A DNA stretch of 64,000 nt. It comes from an uncultured cyanobacterium (GTDB lineage Bacteria; Cyanobacteriota; Cyanobacteriia; Cyanobacteriales; Nostocaceae). Shown piece by piece: positions 1 to 10,600 of this stretch. Position 1 is the stretch's first letter. Each line of letters begins with the position of its first letter. The stretch spans positions 1,440,001 to 1,504,000 of the forward strand of contig CAVUDP010000001.1 of NCBI GenBank assembly GCA_963740315.1, in the 5' to 3' direction. A program made the translations under genes and the position numbers. The notes under the pieces are model-generated. The model did no database searches and was not told the origin of the DNA. It saw nothing but the letters and a program-made list of their open reading frames with translations.

Positions 1-554
1 TCGCGGCTTTTGAAAATAGCACTACATCAAATCAAAATCCTGATAGTAATGCACCTGCTTTGGCTTCCGGAACCCCTGATAATGATATCTTAATTTCAGG
101 AATTGACTTCAAAGGAACTGGTGATACTATTTTTGCTGGTGCTGGAGACGATGAAATTGATTTAGCTTTTGGTGGTGGAAGCAAAAACCGCGTTGATGCT
201 GGAAGCGGTAACGACACAATTTATTTAAGCAACCAAAACCGCATACTTGGTGGTGCAGGTGACGATAAATTCTTTGCTACTGGTGGTGGTAATATCATCT
301 CTGGTGGTGCAGGTGCAGATCAATTCTGGATTGTCAGCGGAGAAATTGCTCAAGCTGCAAATACCATCGTTGATTTTGAAATTGGTAGCGATGTAATTGG
401 TATTTTGGGTAGTGCTGGTTTGGGAATTGATGCGAGTACTTTGGAATTAACCGAAATGGATGGTAATACAAAAGTTGCTTTTGGTGGAAATACTTTAGCA
501 ATGATTAACGGTGTTACTGGTTTGGATGTTAGCGAGAGTGTTGTGTTTGCTTGA
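1..554 (+). CDS. C-terminal part of an RTX/hemolysin-type Ca-binding secreted protein (5' end outside the window)
   Basis: Frame is open from position 3 (AAFENSTTSNQ...). It has GGxGxD-like nonapeptides (AGAGDDEI, AGSGNDTI, GGAGDDKF, GGAGADQF) and the C-terminal NTIVDFEIGSDVIG segment typical of T1SS substrates. Confidence 0.85.
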   Translation, partial: AAFENSTTSNQNPDSNAPALASGTPDNDILISGIDFKGTGDTIFAGAGDDEIDLAFGGGSKNRVDAGSGNDTIYLSNQNRILGGAGDDKFFATGGGNIISGGAGADQFWIVSGEIAQAANTIVDFEIGSDVIGILGSAGLGIDASTLELTEMDGNTKVAFGGNTLAMINGVTGLDVSESVVFA

Positions 555-621
555 TAGTTGATTGATGGTTGCGTTGTCTTCTGAATCCTGGAGACGTAGC
601 AGTGCGGAGTTCTCTACAAAA

Positions 622-732
622 CTCGTTCCCAGTCTCCAGACTGGGAATGCATTTCTAGAGGCTCTGCCTTATGTCAAGTATCTAGAGGCAGAGCCTCTGT
701 TTATGGGTTCCTAGTCTCCGGCTAGGAACCAG
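622..732. repeat. Composite palindromic intergenic repeat (REP/MITE-like)
   Basis: Three hairpins: TTCCCAGTCT-c-c-AGACTGGGAA, GAGGCTCTGCCT...AGGCAGAGCCTC and GGTTCCTAG...CTAGGAACC. Confidence 0.7.
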
Positions 733-747
733 TAGTAATTTTTAATT

Positions 748-978
748 TCACAAATCTTCTGGGTTAACTCCCAACTCTCGCAATGCGGCTAAACGTTCGG
801 CTTTCTCAACAGGTGTTGGTATCCAATTTCCTTGAACATCATAATAAAAATCTCTTCTTTGGGATAATTTGCTGGTTGAAAGGTTTCTCGTAACAGTTGC
901 GGTTGAAAAATATGAAATTCGTCAGGCAAACCAGATTCCCCCAGATACTCGCGCCGGTAAATCGTACATCGTGGGGAG
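748..978 (-). pseudogene. Uma2-family endonuclease relic (frameshifted, internally deleted)
   Basis: Manual translation of the minus strand gives LPTMYDLP / EYLGESGLPDEFHIFQPQLLRETFQPANYPKEEIF joined directly to YDVQGNWIPTPVEKAERLAALRELGVNPEDL*. These are the N- and C-termini of cyanobacterial Uma2 proteins. Confidence 0.75.
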
Positions 979-980
979 CA

Positions 981-1037
981 GTTCGTAGTAAGGGCATTGG
1001 TTCCCTAAATCCGAGAGCTAAAGCTCTTACTACAAAC
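981..1037. repeat. Short palindromic dispersed repeat GTTCGTAGTAAG...CTTACTACAAAC (copy 1)
   Basis: Has terminal inverted repeats. A reverse-oriented homologue lies at 17362-17419. Confidence 0.75.
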
Positions 1038-1039
1038 TT

Positions 1040-2374
1040 TCAAAATTCTTTTTGTTTCAACCAATTTTTGATTTCTTCTACTAACCAATTACTCTCGGCT
1101 CTGCTTATTCCTTTACCAAATACATATTCTTTTCGCTTTGTATTGATAGAGATAAACCATTTATTTCTTGCGCCATCTGCATCATACATATCAGATTGAG
1201 TTACATCTTCAATATCTTCTATAAAACCTCGACTAAGTATCTTTTTGGAAAAATAATTTTTATAAATATAAATTTCAAAAACATTTCTATGAAAATGAAG
1301 ATAAATCGGAGCGTAAAAAATGTAATCTATTAACACAAAAAGTCCTGTCAATATTGCGATTGCAAAAAATATTTCGGAAATAGAAGTTAAAATAGCTCCA
1401 CCTATAAATAAAGATGTTATTATTATTGAAAATTTCCTATTAGTCTCCCAAACTGTATATTTGACTGTTAATTCCTCCGAGTTTTTTTTAATATTAATAT
1501 CCCTTTGATATGGTACTAAATCTTTTGAATAATGTGATTCTTGCTCAAGCTTAATAGAACTATTATTATTAACTATCCCCAATCGCAATGCTTCCAAAGC
1601 TGTTTTAGCAGTCTCGAATCGTTTCTTTATATCGGGTTCAATAGCTTTTTCCAACCATGTAATAAGATCGGGACTTAAGTTTACTCTATCGGCAAATTTA
1701 ATTTTAAAATCTTCTTGTGGTAAATCGGCAGGGGGTATTCCTGTAAGTAAATGAATTAAAGTAGTTCCTAAAGCATAAATATCTGAAGCTGCAACTGCTC
1801 TACCACCAAACTGTTCTATTGGTGTATAACCGTAAGTTCCGACAACGGTAAAGGTGCTTCCTTCAACTGCTGTTTTATGCTGTACCGCTCCAAAATCAAT
1901 TAAGTATATATGTGCATCTTTACCCCGAATCAAATTACTTGGTTTAATATCACGATGTAAAACTGGTGGATTTAATTCATGTAAATAAATTAAAATATTT
2001 AGAATATTTGTTGCAATTTCTCTAATTTGTGATTCGGTGAATCGATTCTCTTGTGAAATTAAATCCTTGAGAGAGCCTCCAGGAATATATTCTTGAACTA
2101 TGACAAATCCTTTAATTGGTTCATTTAGTTGGAAGTAATCGAGATATTTGGGAATGTAAGGATGGTTAAGTTGTTTTAATATTTTGGCTTCTCTTTCAAA
2201 TAATTTGAACTCTTCCCATTGAGTAGCTTCCCCAGTTAACAACACTTTTACAACAACTAAATCTGTCGGCTTAATTTTTATATCCCGTGCTAACCAAACT
2301 TGATGGGCAATATTATGTCCGACTTTTTCGGAGATTTGATAGCGCTCTTGTAGAATTTGTCCGGTATTTAACAT
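1040..2374 (-). CDS. Hanks-type Ser/Thr protein kinase with C-terminal transmembrane segments
   Basis: HRDIKPSN, DFG and GTYGYTPIEQ motifs; hydrophobic stretch near the C-terminus. Start could also be 2383. Confidence 0.92.
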   Translation of the reverse strand: MLNTGQILQERYQISEKVGHNIAHQVWLARDIKIKPTDLVVVKVLLTGEATQWEEFKLFEREAKILKQLNHPYIPKYLDYFQLNEPIKGFVIVQEYIPGGSLKDLISQENRFTESQIREIATNILNILIYLHELNPPVLHRDIKPSNLIRGKDAHIYLIDFGAVQHKTAVEGSTFTVVGTYGYTPIEQFGGRAVAASDIYALGTTLIHLLTGIPPADLPQEDFKIKFADRVNLSPDLITWLEKAIEPDIKKRFETAKTALEALRLGIVNNNSSIKLEQESHYSKDLVPYQRDINIKKNSEELTVKYTVWETNRKFSIIITSLFIGGAILTSISEIFFAIAILTGLFVLIDYIFYAPIYLHFHRNVFEIYIYKNYFSKKILSRGFIEDIEDVTQSDMYDADGARNKWFISINTKRKEYVFGKGISRAESNWLVEEIKNWLKQKEF

Positions 2375-2490
2375 TATTATCACCTGCTTGAACTTTATTT
2401 CTACTCATATATTTCCCAATTGAGAGAATTAAGTAACAGATTATGGGGACATTTTTACAAGATGCCAAAATTACAGTCTATAAAACAACT

Positions 2491-2696
2491 CTTTTTGCTC
2501 TCATATTTGATGTTGGGTTACGACGCATTTCTACAATTAAGGTTAAGCATAAAAATTATTTGTGCGTTTAACTCAACCTACAACCTATAGATTTTGAACT
2601 TCTTTTTTTGCTCTCATATTTGATGTTGGGTTACGACGCATTTTTACAATTAAGGTTAAGCATAAAAATTATTTGTGCGTCTAACCCAACCTACAA
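2491..2696. repeat. Tandem pair of REP-like palindromic units
   Basis: Two near-identical copies of TGTTGGGTTACGACGCA...TGCGT(C/T)TAAC(C/T)CAACCTACA. Confidence 0.85.
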
Positions 2697-2851
2697 GCTG
2701 TCTTCGTAACACCTCATTCGTTATTTTAAGCTAAAGAAAATTTAGATATTTAATATAGTAATTAGATTTAAATCAAAGTATTTTTAAGATTGTTACTTCT
2801 AGATTAAAAGTATCAAAATCTACCAAATTCAAAACAAACTAATTCATTTTT

Positions 2852-2881
2852 TTTAAACTTAATTTAATATTGTCTTAACAA
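2852..2881 (+). promoter_or_regulatory. Putative Pho box (SphR/PhoB) upstream of the alkaline phosphatase
   Basis: TTTAAACT-n3-TTTAATAT-n3-CTTAACAA, three YTTAA units with an exact 11-bp period. Confidence 0.7.
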
Positions 2882-3006
2882 ATAAATGGAACAATAATGT
2901 TTCATGCTCCTCAGTATTTTTTCGCATACAAATTTTCTGAAGACCTGGCGATCGCTTTTACTCTGTTTTCATTACCTACAAATACTTAAATAGGGAATTA
3001 TCTTTA

Positions 3007-5343
3007 ATGGCTAAGAATACAATTATCATGATCGGCGACGGCATGGGCTGGGAAATGGCTCGTGCTACTGCCATATACAAACAAATCCAAAGTGGTGCTA
3101 CTGGTCAAACTCTCAGCGACTTTTACACCGAGGGTAAGGGAAGTGGACTCAGCCTCCAAAATTTGGAAAATTACGGTCTAGTAACTACCTACGGAACCAC
3201 CATCGCCGATGAAGATGGTATTTACGACACTGGTAACTCTGCTCTTGAAGGTAGCCAGAGCGATCGCGTTACCGGAGAAGGTGAAATTCGCGACGGTTTT
3301 GAATTCGATCCCAGCTTTAACCCAGGAATTAACAAAGATGGTGGTGCAAATGCAGCCACTGTCAATGGTAATTTAGTTGGTTACGACCCAGTTAGAGGTG
3401 GAGAAAAGCCCTGGGATGACGCTTACTATGGTGGTGAAGCTAGCGAAGGTTTTGATAAGGAATATATCAAATACAGCTATCCCGACTCCGCGAATACTGC
3501 TACTACTTTATACACCGGCACCAAAACCTATAACGGTGCTGTTGGAGTTGATATTTTTGAGCAACCTTTAGAAAGTCTCTTTACCAAGGCAGCAATTCAA
3601 GGAAAAGCAACGGGTCTAATTTCTTCGGTTCCCATCGACCATGCAACCCCTGGTGCGGCTGCGGCTCAAGTTAATACTCGCAGTAAATTAGACGAGTTTG
3701 GAGTCATCGACACCATTCTCCAGCAAGAACTCGGTGTATTTAAACCTACAGTTCTCTTGGGTGGCGGTCATCCCTTATCTAACGTTGACGATCCGTTACC
3801 TGAAGGTGTAGAACCTCCTAATGGTTCTTTAGAACCCACGGATTTTAGATATGTATCTGAAGGTACTTACAACGAACTTAGAGAAAATCCTACAGATAAT
3901 ATCTACGGCTATACTTTCTTAGAGCGCGGAGTTGATGCAGCCCAAGTTTTAGCTGATACAGCTGCGGGAATCGATCCAGAAACGGGACGACTCTTAGGTA
4001 TTTACGGTGCCAGAGGTCAAGAAGGAAATCTACCTACCGCTTCTGCTGATGGTGATTATGGAACAACAGGTTTTGCTCAATTCACTTTGGGTTATAACGT
4101 ATCAGCATCAGAAAATTCACCAGCATTACCATTAGGAGTCGGTGATACAACAAGACCTTTGCTACCTGGCGAAACAGACGAGCAGTTTATTGCCAGAGAA
4201 CGTAACGAAAACCCCACCCTCGACCAGTTGACAAAAGCATCTTTGGATGTATTAGAAGATGACGAAGACGGCTTCGTTATGCTAGTAGAAGGTGGTGACA
4301 TTGACTGGGCTGCTCATGATAACAACTTGGACAACCTAATCGGTAATACACTGGAATTCGATAAATCAGTGCAAACCGTTTTGGATTGGATTGAAGCCAA
4401 TGGTGGGTTTGAAGAAAACCAGTTGGTAATCACTGCCGATCACGACCATTACTTAACTTTAAATGAGAACTTCCCCGAACTGTTACGGGATGTCGGACCA
4501 AACGCTCTTACTTATGGTGTAAACGCTCAAGATACGGATGATGCATTAGACGGAGCAGCTTCACCTACAGATTACGATGCTTTAGCACCCGAAGCAGCCG
4601 GTCACTTCTGGGGTTCTGAGTCCGATGTCAAGCATGGTTGGACTAACCACAGCAACCGTCCCGTACCCGTTTATTACGATGGTCCCGAATCTCAAGCTAT
4701 TACAGATTCAGTTGGCGAAGGATTTGAACTTTACGGTGAAGAAATTCCTGGAATTGATGGTTTAACAGACCAAGTTCACATTGCCGAAGCAATCAGCGCA
4801 CCATTAGAACTTGGAAATGAATTTGGAGAAGAAATCGTCAATGTAGAATTTGATGATAACAGCGTAGAACTAATTAACCTCAGAGGTTTCGGTGACGTTA
4901 CCGTCAGAGCTAGTTACGAAATCAGTAGAGAAGCAGATTTCGATAACGAAGTATACTTCTACAAAGTTAACAGCGCTAACGGTTTGATTGGTCGTGAATT
5001 ACCTAATGGTGATAACTACCTCCAAGCTGCTATAAATAACGTCATCACTCCTGCCTTCTCCATCGGTGATGACGAAAGCGAAAGTGGAGTTGTCAACCTT
5101 GAAGCTGGTTCCATTATCGGTGCAATGATTATTGCTAATGGTACCTTAGCAGAACTGCAAGATGCAGATTCCAGCAACGATCCAATGGTTTACTTCTCAT
5201 TCCCTGGTGCAACTGGTGGTGATGGTTTCGACCACATTAAGTTAGTTGATAACAAGAAATTCGGTTTTGAAGATTTACCCAACGGTGGTGACATGGACTT
5301 CAACGACATCGAAATCGAGTTTACTAATTTTGAAGTTGCATAA
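3007..5343 (+). CDS. phoA: Alkaline phosphatase (PhoA family) with C-terminal DUF4114-like tail, no signal peptide
   Basis: IGDGMG, PDSANTAT (catalytic Ser), EGGDIDWAAH and TADHDH motifs; tail READFDN...FEDLPNGGDMDFND. Confidence 0.9.
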   Translation: MAKNTIIMIGDGMGWEMARATAIYKQIQSGATGQTLSDFYTEGKGSGLSLQNLENYGLVTTYGTTIADEDGIYDTGNSALEGSQSDRVTGEGEIRDGFEFDPSFNPGINKDGGANAATVNGNLVGYDPVRGGEKPWDDAYYGGEASEGFDKEYIKYSYPDSANTATTLYTGTKTYNGAVGVDIFEQPLESLFTKAAIQGKATGLISSVPIDHATPGAAAAQVNTRSKLDEFGVIDTILQQELGVFKPTVLLGGGHPLSNVDDPLPEGVEPPNGSLEPTDFRYVSEGTYNELRENPTDNIYGYTFLERGVDAAQVLADTAAGIDPETGRLLGIYGARGQEGNLPTASADGDYGTTGFAQFTLGYNVSASENSPALPLGVGDTTRPLLPGETDEQFIARERNENPTLDQLTKASLDVLEDDEDGFVMLVEGGDIDWAAHDNNLDNLIGNTLEFDKSVQTVLDWIEANGGFEENQLVITADHDHYLTLNENFPELLRDVGPNALTYGVNAQDTDDALDGAASPTDYDALAPEAAGHFWGSESDVKHGWTNHSNRPVPVYYDGPESQAITDSVGEGFELYGEEIPGIDGLTDQVHIAEAISAPLELGNEFGEEIVNVEFDDNSVELINLRGFGDVTVRASYEISREADFDNEVYFYKVNSANGLIGRELPNGDNYLQAAINNVITPAFSIGDDESESGVVNLEAGSIIGAMIIANGTLAELQDADSSNDPMVYFSFPGATGGDGFDHIKLVDNKKFGFEDLPNGGDMDFNDIEIEFTNFEVA

Positions 5344-5390
5344 TTGAATTTTCAAGTTTTTCCCCAGTTAAATTAGGCTAGAGTTTAATC

Positions 5391-5421
5391 AACCCGGTTT
5401 CTTCAAGGAGCCGGGTTTTTT
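5391..5421 (+). terminator. Intrinsic terminator after phoA
   Basis: AACCCGGTTTC-loop-GAGCCGGGTT stem followed by a T tract. Confidence 0.7.
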
Positions 5422-5425
5422 CGTT

Positions 5426-5802
5426 TATATTGTTTTTTTGTTTATAAAACGCGAAATAAAAGAATTTTGTAGGGTGCCCTGCGGCACGCAATTGTAACCG
5501 GGTAAACAGATATTTTAAAGGGAGCCGTAACGCACCATCTGATAATAAAACCAAATCGTAAATGTTGGCTTACGACGCATTTATAGATTTTTGATCGCCA
5601 TTGATATTGTTTTTTTTGGTTTATAAAAAGTGAAATAAAATAATCTTGTAGGGTGCCCTGCGGCACAAAATCGCAACCGAGTAAACAGATATCTTAAAGG
5701 AAGCCGTAACGCACCATCTGATAATAAAACCAAATCGTAAATGTTGGGTTACTACATTTCTAATAATCATCAACATTGTTTTTGCGTCTAACCCAACCTA
5801 CA
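5426..5802. repeat. Tandem ~180-bp composite REP/BIME-like units
   Basis: Two copies of TGTAGGGTGCCCTGCGGCAC...GCCGTAACGCACC followed by TGTTGG(G/C)TTAC; ends in AACCCAACCTACA. Confidence 0.85.
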
Positions 5803-5966
5803 AACTATTCCATCATTTTAAAATGTTACAATAAATCTTCAAAAAATATTGATACGTATTATTGATTACTGAATTATTAACTTGATTAAGCTTAATTAAA
5901 GACTTTGCCCCTACTATTCCGGCTCATTTTTTCATAGGTAGAAATACACAAATATCCATCGTCAAT

Positions 5967-7136
5967 ATGATCGATCAAAATCATCAGAACATCACAAAAA
6001 CCTGCTTCTCAGAAGAATTAAGCTCTCAAACTACTTTCAAAACTTCATTCACCAGCTTTATTACATTCGGTGATAGTCTTGCAGATGTTGGTAACTTATA
6101 TATTACTAGCCGTTCAACTAATCCACTATCTCCACCTTATGCTGACGGACGTTTTTCTAACGGTGAATTAGTACCAGAAATAATTGCCAAAGAATTAGGT
6201 TTATCAGCTTCTACTCCTTCCCTAGCTGGTGGAGATAACTATGCATTCGCAACAGCAGAAACTGGCTCTGGTTTTTCCGATGAAGGTTTACCTAATGTTG
6301 GCGAACAAATTGAAGCATACTTAGGTATAGATACACCTGCCGAAGATGATGTTTTCTTTATCAGTGCGGGTTCAAATAATTTCTTCCCCGATATAGATGA
6401 GGAAATAACGCCGGATAATGTAGGTACTCCTGCAAGCGTATTATCCGGATTGACACAAAACATTACCACCTTAGCGAATGCTGGTGCAGAAAACTTTATT
6501 ATTCCTAATATTGCCATGTTAGGTTCGCTTCCCTATGCTAAAAATGGGGGAATTAGCGACGCTTTGAATACTGCATCAACTGAATTTAATATCTTGCTCG
6601 ATACCAAATTAGACAATCTTGAAGATCAACTGGGAATAAATATTTTTGAGTTAGACGTTGCTAGTGAAATTGCTCAAATTCGAGCAAACCCAGAGGCTTT
6701 CGGATTAACCAACGTTGAGGAGCCTGCTTTAAATGAAGATAACGAAATTGTCGTACCCAATCCCAATGAGTATTTTTGGTGGGACGATTTTCATGCGACA
6801 ACTGCTGTTTCAAATATAGTTGCTCAAGCTGTAATTGACGAGATTCCTAAAGATACAGTTCGCACAAATACTAATACTTTTTCTTTAATTTCATATCAAG
6901 AGAATAGTAGCGAATCAGTATTTAGCTTCAGTGTTGCAAACGAATACTTAAACACCATCGACATAGATTCAGTAAATAAAGCCAATGCCAATTTGGAAAG
7001 TGAATTTTCTCAATCTTTATTAGTAAGCAAATTTGAGAGCCTAGAAGAAGTTTATTTATCTTACATCATTGCTCCCACAGCAAAAAATGACTTCTATCAA
7101 ATAGAATTCGGGGATAGTATATTCAAAGATGGATAG
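5967..7136 (+). CDS. SGNH/GDSL hydrolase with a degenerate DUF4114-like tail
   Basis: FGDSLAD, GRFSNG, AGSNN and WDDFH blocks. Near-duplicate of the internal SGNH domain of 7603..12447. Confidence 0.85.
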   Translation: MIDQNHQNITKTCFSEELSSQTTFKTSFTSFITFGDSLADVGNLYITSRSTNPLSPPYADGRFSNGELVPEIIAKELGLSASTPSLAGGDNYAFATAETGSGFSDEGLPNVGEQIEAYLGIDTPAEDDVFFISAGSNNFFPDIDEEITPDNVGTPASVLSGLTQNITTLANAGAENFIIPNIAMLGSLPYAKNGGISDALNTASTEFNILLDTKLDNLEDQLGINIFELDVASEIAQIRANPEAFGLTNVEEPALNEDNEIVVPNPNEYFWWDDFHATTAVSNIVAQAVIDEIPKDTVRTNTNTFSLISYQENSSESVFSFSVANEYLNTIDIDSVNKANANLESEFSQSLLVSKFESLEEVYLSYIIAPTAKNDFYQIEFGDSIFKDG

Positions 7137-7140
7137 CAAG

Positions 7141-7411
7141 TTGTAGGGTGCCATGTTATATTCAATAAAAACCAAATAGTAAATGTTGGGTTACGACGCA
7201 TTTTTACATATTCAATAACCATCAATATTTTTTTGCGTCTAACCCAACCTACTACTTAATTTAATAAAACACTCTTGTAGGGTGTGTTACGGCACTTTAA
7301 AGTACCGCACCATCTTATATTCAATAAAAACCAAATAGTAAATGTTGGGTTACGACGCATTTTTACATATTCAATAACCATCAATATTTTTTTGCGTCTA
7401 ACCCAACCTAC
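7141..7411. repeat. Tandem composite REP/BIME-like units
   Basis: Two copies of TGTAGGGTG... plus TGTTGGGTTACGACGCA...TGCGTCTAACCCAACCTAC; same family as the units at 2491 and 5426. Confidence 0.85.
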
Positions 7412-7458
7412 ATATTTATAATAAAAATTATCATTAAATTTAGTTATATCAATATTTA

Positions 7459-7488
7459 TTTAACCTAAATATATCCTTTCCTTAACCT
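7459..7488 (+). promoter_or_regulatory. Putative Pho box
   Basis: TTTAACCT-n3-TATATCCT-n3-CTTAACCT with an 11-bp period; matches the cyanobacterial CTTAACCT consensus. Confidence 0.8.
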
Positions 7489-7602
7489 CTAAATGAAACA
7501 TTGAAAGTGAATATTTTTACAGAATCAAAGGTGATCGTATCTATTTTCTGTAAAAAAATATTCATGTCACTACTTAGGTTATTTAAAGGATAAATATTAA
7601 CA

Positions 7603-10600
7603 ATGCCTGATAATGCAACCAAACAAGATATCCGTTTTGCAAGTTATAATACATCTTTAAATCGCGATAGTGCGGGTAAACTAATAACCGATTTATCGAC
7701 TGCCGATAACGAACAAGCTAAAGCTGTAGCGGAAATCATTCAGCGAACAAATCCCGATGTGTTGTTACTGAATGAGTTTGATTACGATCGCAATGGAGAA
7801 GCGATCGCCAATTTCAAGAACAACTATTTAGAAGTTAGTCAAAATGGTGTTAATGCGGTAGATTATCCTTACGTTTATTTGGCACCTTCTAATACCGGCA
7901 TTGCTTCGGGATTCGACTTAAATAACGATGGTACGATTGGTACTACCGAAGGAACTTTTGATTTAGCTAATGATGCTTTTGGGTTTGGTACGTTTCCGGG
8001 TCAATATGGCATGGTACTCTTATCAAAGTATCCGATTGTAGAAGATGAAGTTCGCACTTTCCAGAATTTTCTATGGAAAGATATGCCGAATGGGTTTTTA
8101 ACTAATGATTCTAGTGACAACAAACTTGATGATTTCTACTCTTCAGAAGAAATAGATGTTTTACGTCTTTCTTCTAAAAGTCATTGGGATATTCCTGTTA
8201 ATGTTAATGGTGAAATTATTCACGTTTTAGCTTCCCATCCGACACCCCCAGTTTTTGATGGTGAAGAAGATAGAAACGGTAAGCGCAATCATGATGAAAT
8301 CCGCTTTTGGGCTGATTATATAACTCCTGGTGAAGGGGATTACATTTATGATGATAATGATAATAAAGGTGGATTAAATAGTAACGCCAAATTCGTTATT
8401 ATGGGCGATCAAAACGCCGATCCAACTGACGGTGACAGTAAAGATAATGCAATTTTACAACTTTTAGATAATCCGCAAATTAATACTTCTGTAACTCCAT
8501 CGAGTCAAGGTGGAATAGATGCAGCAAATCGTCAAGGTGGAGTTAACGAAAATCATACGGGAAATCCGGCTTTTGATACTGCTGATTTTAACGATGAGAC
8601 TTCCGGTAATCTGCGGGTAGATTATGTTTTACCTTCTCGAAATTTAAAAATTGAGGATGCGGGTGTATTCTGGACTACCGATGAAGATCCTTTATTTAAC
8701 TTAATTGGAGATTTTCCCTTCCCCAGTTCCGATCATCGTTTAGTATATACGGATATAGATTTATTATCCGTAAATATGACTAATCAAAATCGTCAATATG
8801 TTACAAATATCTCCTTTTTAGGAGAAACAAGTTTTCCGACTGGTTTAGATTTCAACGGTACCGAAGTTGGTGGACTTTCCGGGATTGCTTACGATCCAAG
8901 CAAAGGTGTTTATTACGCACTTTCCGACGATCGCAGTACAATAAATCCCGCTCGTTTTTATACTCTCGATATAAATTTAACCGACGGTAAATTAGATAGC
9001 GGTGATATCACTTTTAACGATGTCACTACTCTACAAGATGCCAGCGGAAATGCTTTTGCTGATGGTAGTTTAGATCCTGAAGGTATTGCTTTAACTCAAG
9101 GTAATTTATATATTTCTTCTGAAGGGGATGCTAGTAATGTAAATAGTCCAATTAATCCCTTCGTTAATCAGTTTTCTTTGCAAGGTAGACAACTGAGCGA
9201 ATTACCAATACCGGAAAAATTCAATGTCGGAGATAACAGCGGAATTCGTAATAATGCAGCTTTTGAAAGTTTAACAATTACTCCCAACCAACGTTATTTA
9301 TATACTGCGACTGAAAATGCTTTAATTCAAGATGGTGCAGCAGCAGATGTCGGACAGGAAAGCTTATCGCGAATTATAAAATACGATCTGACAACCGGAC
9401 AACCTGTAGGAGAGTTTGTTTACGAAGTTGGTGAAGTTGCGATCGCACCCGACTCTGAAACTGATTTTCGTACTAACGGTTTAGTTGAATTATTAGCGAC
9501 TGATAATAACGGCACTCTACTCGCTTTGGAGCGTTCTTTCACTGCTGGTAAGGGCAATACAGTAAAGCTTTATGAAGTGCAAACTCAAGGTGCTTTAGAT
9601 GTCAGCAGTCAAAATGATTTATTTCGAGAAACTCCTTTAGAAGATGATGGAGAAATTATAGCTCCCGGTGTTTTTGAAATCGATCCAGCGGTACAAAAGC
9701 GGTTATTAGTAGACTTTGCAGATTTGGGAATTGCTCCCGATAATTTGGAAGGTTTGGCTTTGGGGCCACAATTAGAAGATGGTAGTCAAAGTTTGATTGT
9801 TGTCAGCGATAATAATTTTTTACCTATACAAACAACTCAATTTATCGCTTTGGGTTTGGATTTCAAAACTACTCCCGCAGTGCTTCCACAGTTGGAAACT
9901 CCTGGTGTTGTTAACGTTGAAAATGTTGAGAATGCAATTGCTGGGGATGCTGACGATCCAGCTATTTGGGTAAATCCGAATAATTCTAGTGAAAGTATTG
10001 TTATCGGAACTTTAAAAGATGGTGGTTTAGCAACCTTTAATTTGCAAGGGGAAACTCAGCAGATAATTGCACCAGCAGAATTTGGGCAACAGCGTTTTAA
10101 CAACGTCGATATTATCTACAATTTTCCTTTGGCATCGATGATAATTGGTGCAGAATCGAAAGTTGATTTGGCAGTTGTTTCCGATCGAGCTAACGATACT
10201 TTAGCTATCTTCACTATTTCAGAAAACGGTGAACTTTCAAAGTTTCGCACACCACAATTAGATAATCCAGATTTTTCAATCTTTGGTGTAGACGACGGTG
10301 AAGCGACTGCTTACGGTTTAGCAACTTATACCAGTCCCGATAATGGTAAATCTTACGTCTTTGTTACCCAAGCGGATGGTAATAAAGTTGCTCAATTAGA
10401 ATTAACTTCTAAATTAAGTCCTGCTGACGAACAATTGATAGAAGCTGAAGTTGTTCGTACTTTAGAATTACCTTTACCCGAAGGTGGGGAAGCAGAAGAT
10501 GGACAAGCAGAAGGAATAGTAGTTGACCAAGAATTGGGTTTTCTTTACGTAGCGATGGAAGATGGTGCGGGTATCTTAAAATTCTCCGCAGCACCCGAAG

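Noticed and set aside
897..1199. 100-aa plus-strand ORF
   Set aside because: Overlaps the Uma2 relic, a repeat and the kinase 3' end on the opposite strand.
2491..7411. Possible CRISPR array suggested by the repeated palindromes
   Set aside because: Units are 110-180 bp tandem duplications with duplicated rather than unique intervening sequence, and there are no cas genes.
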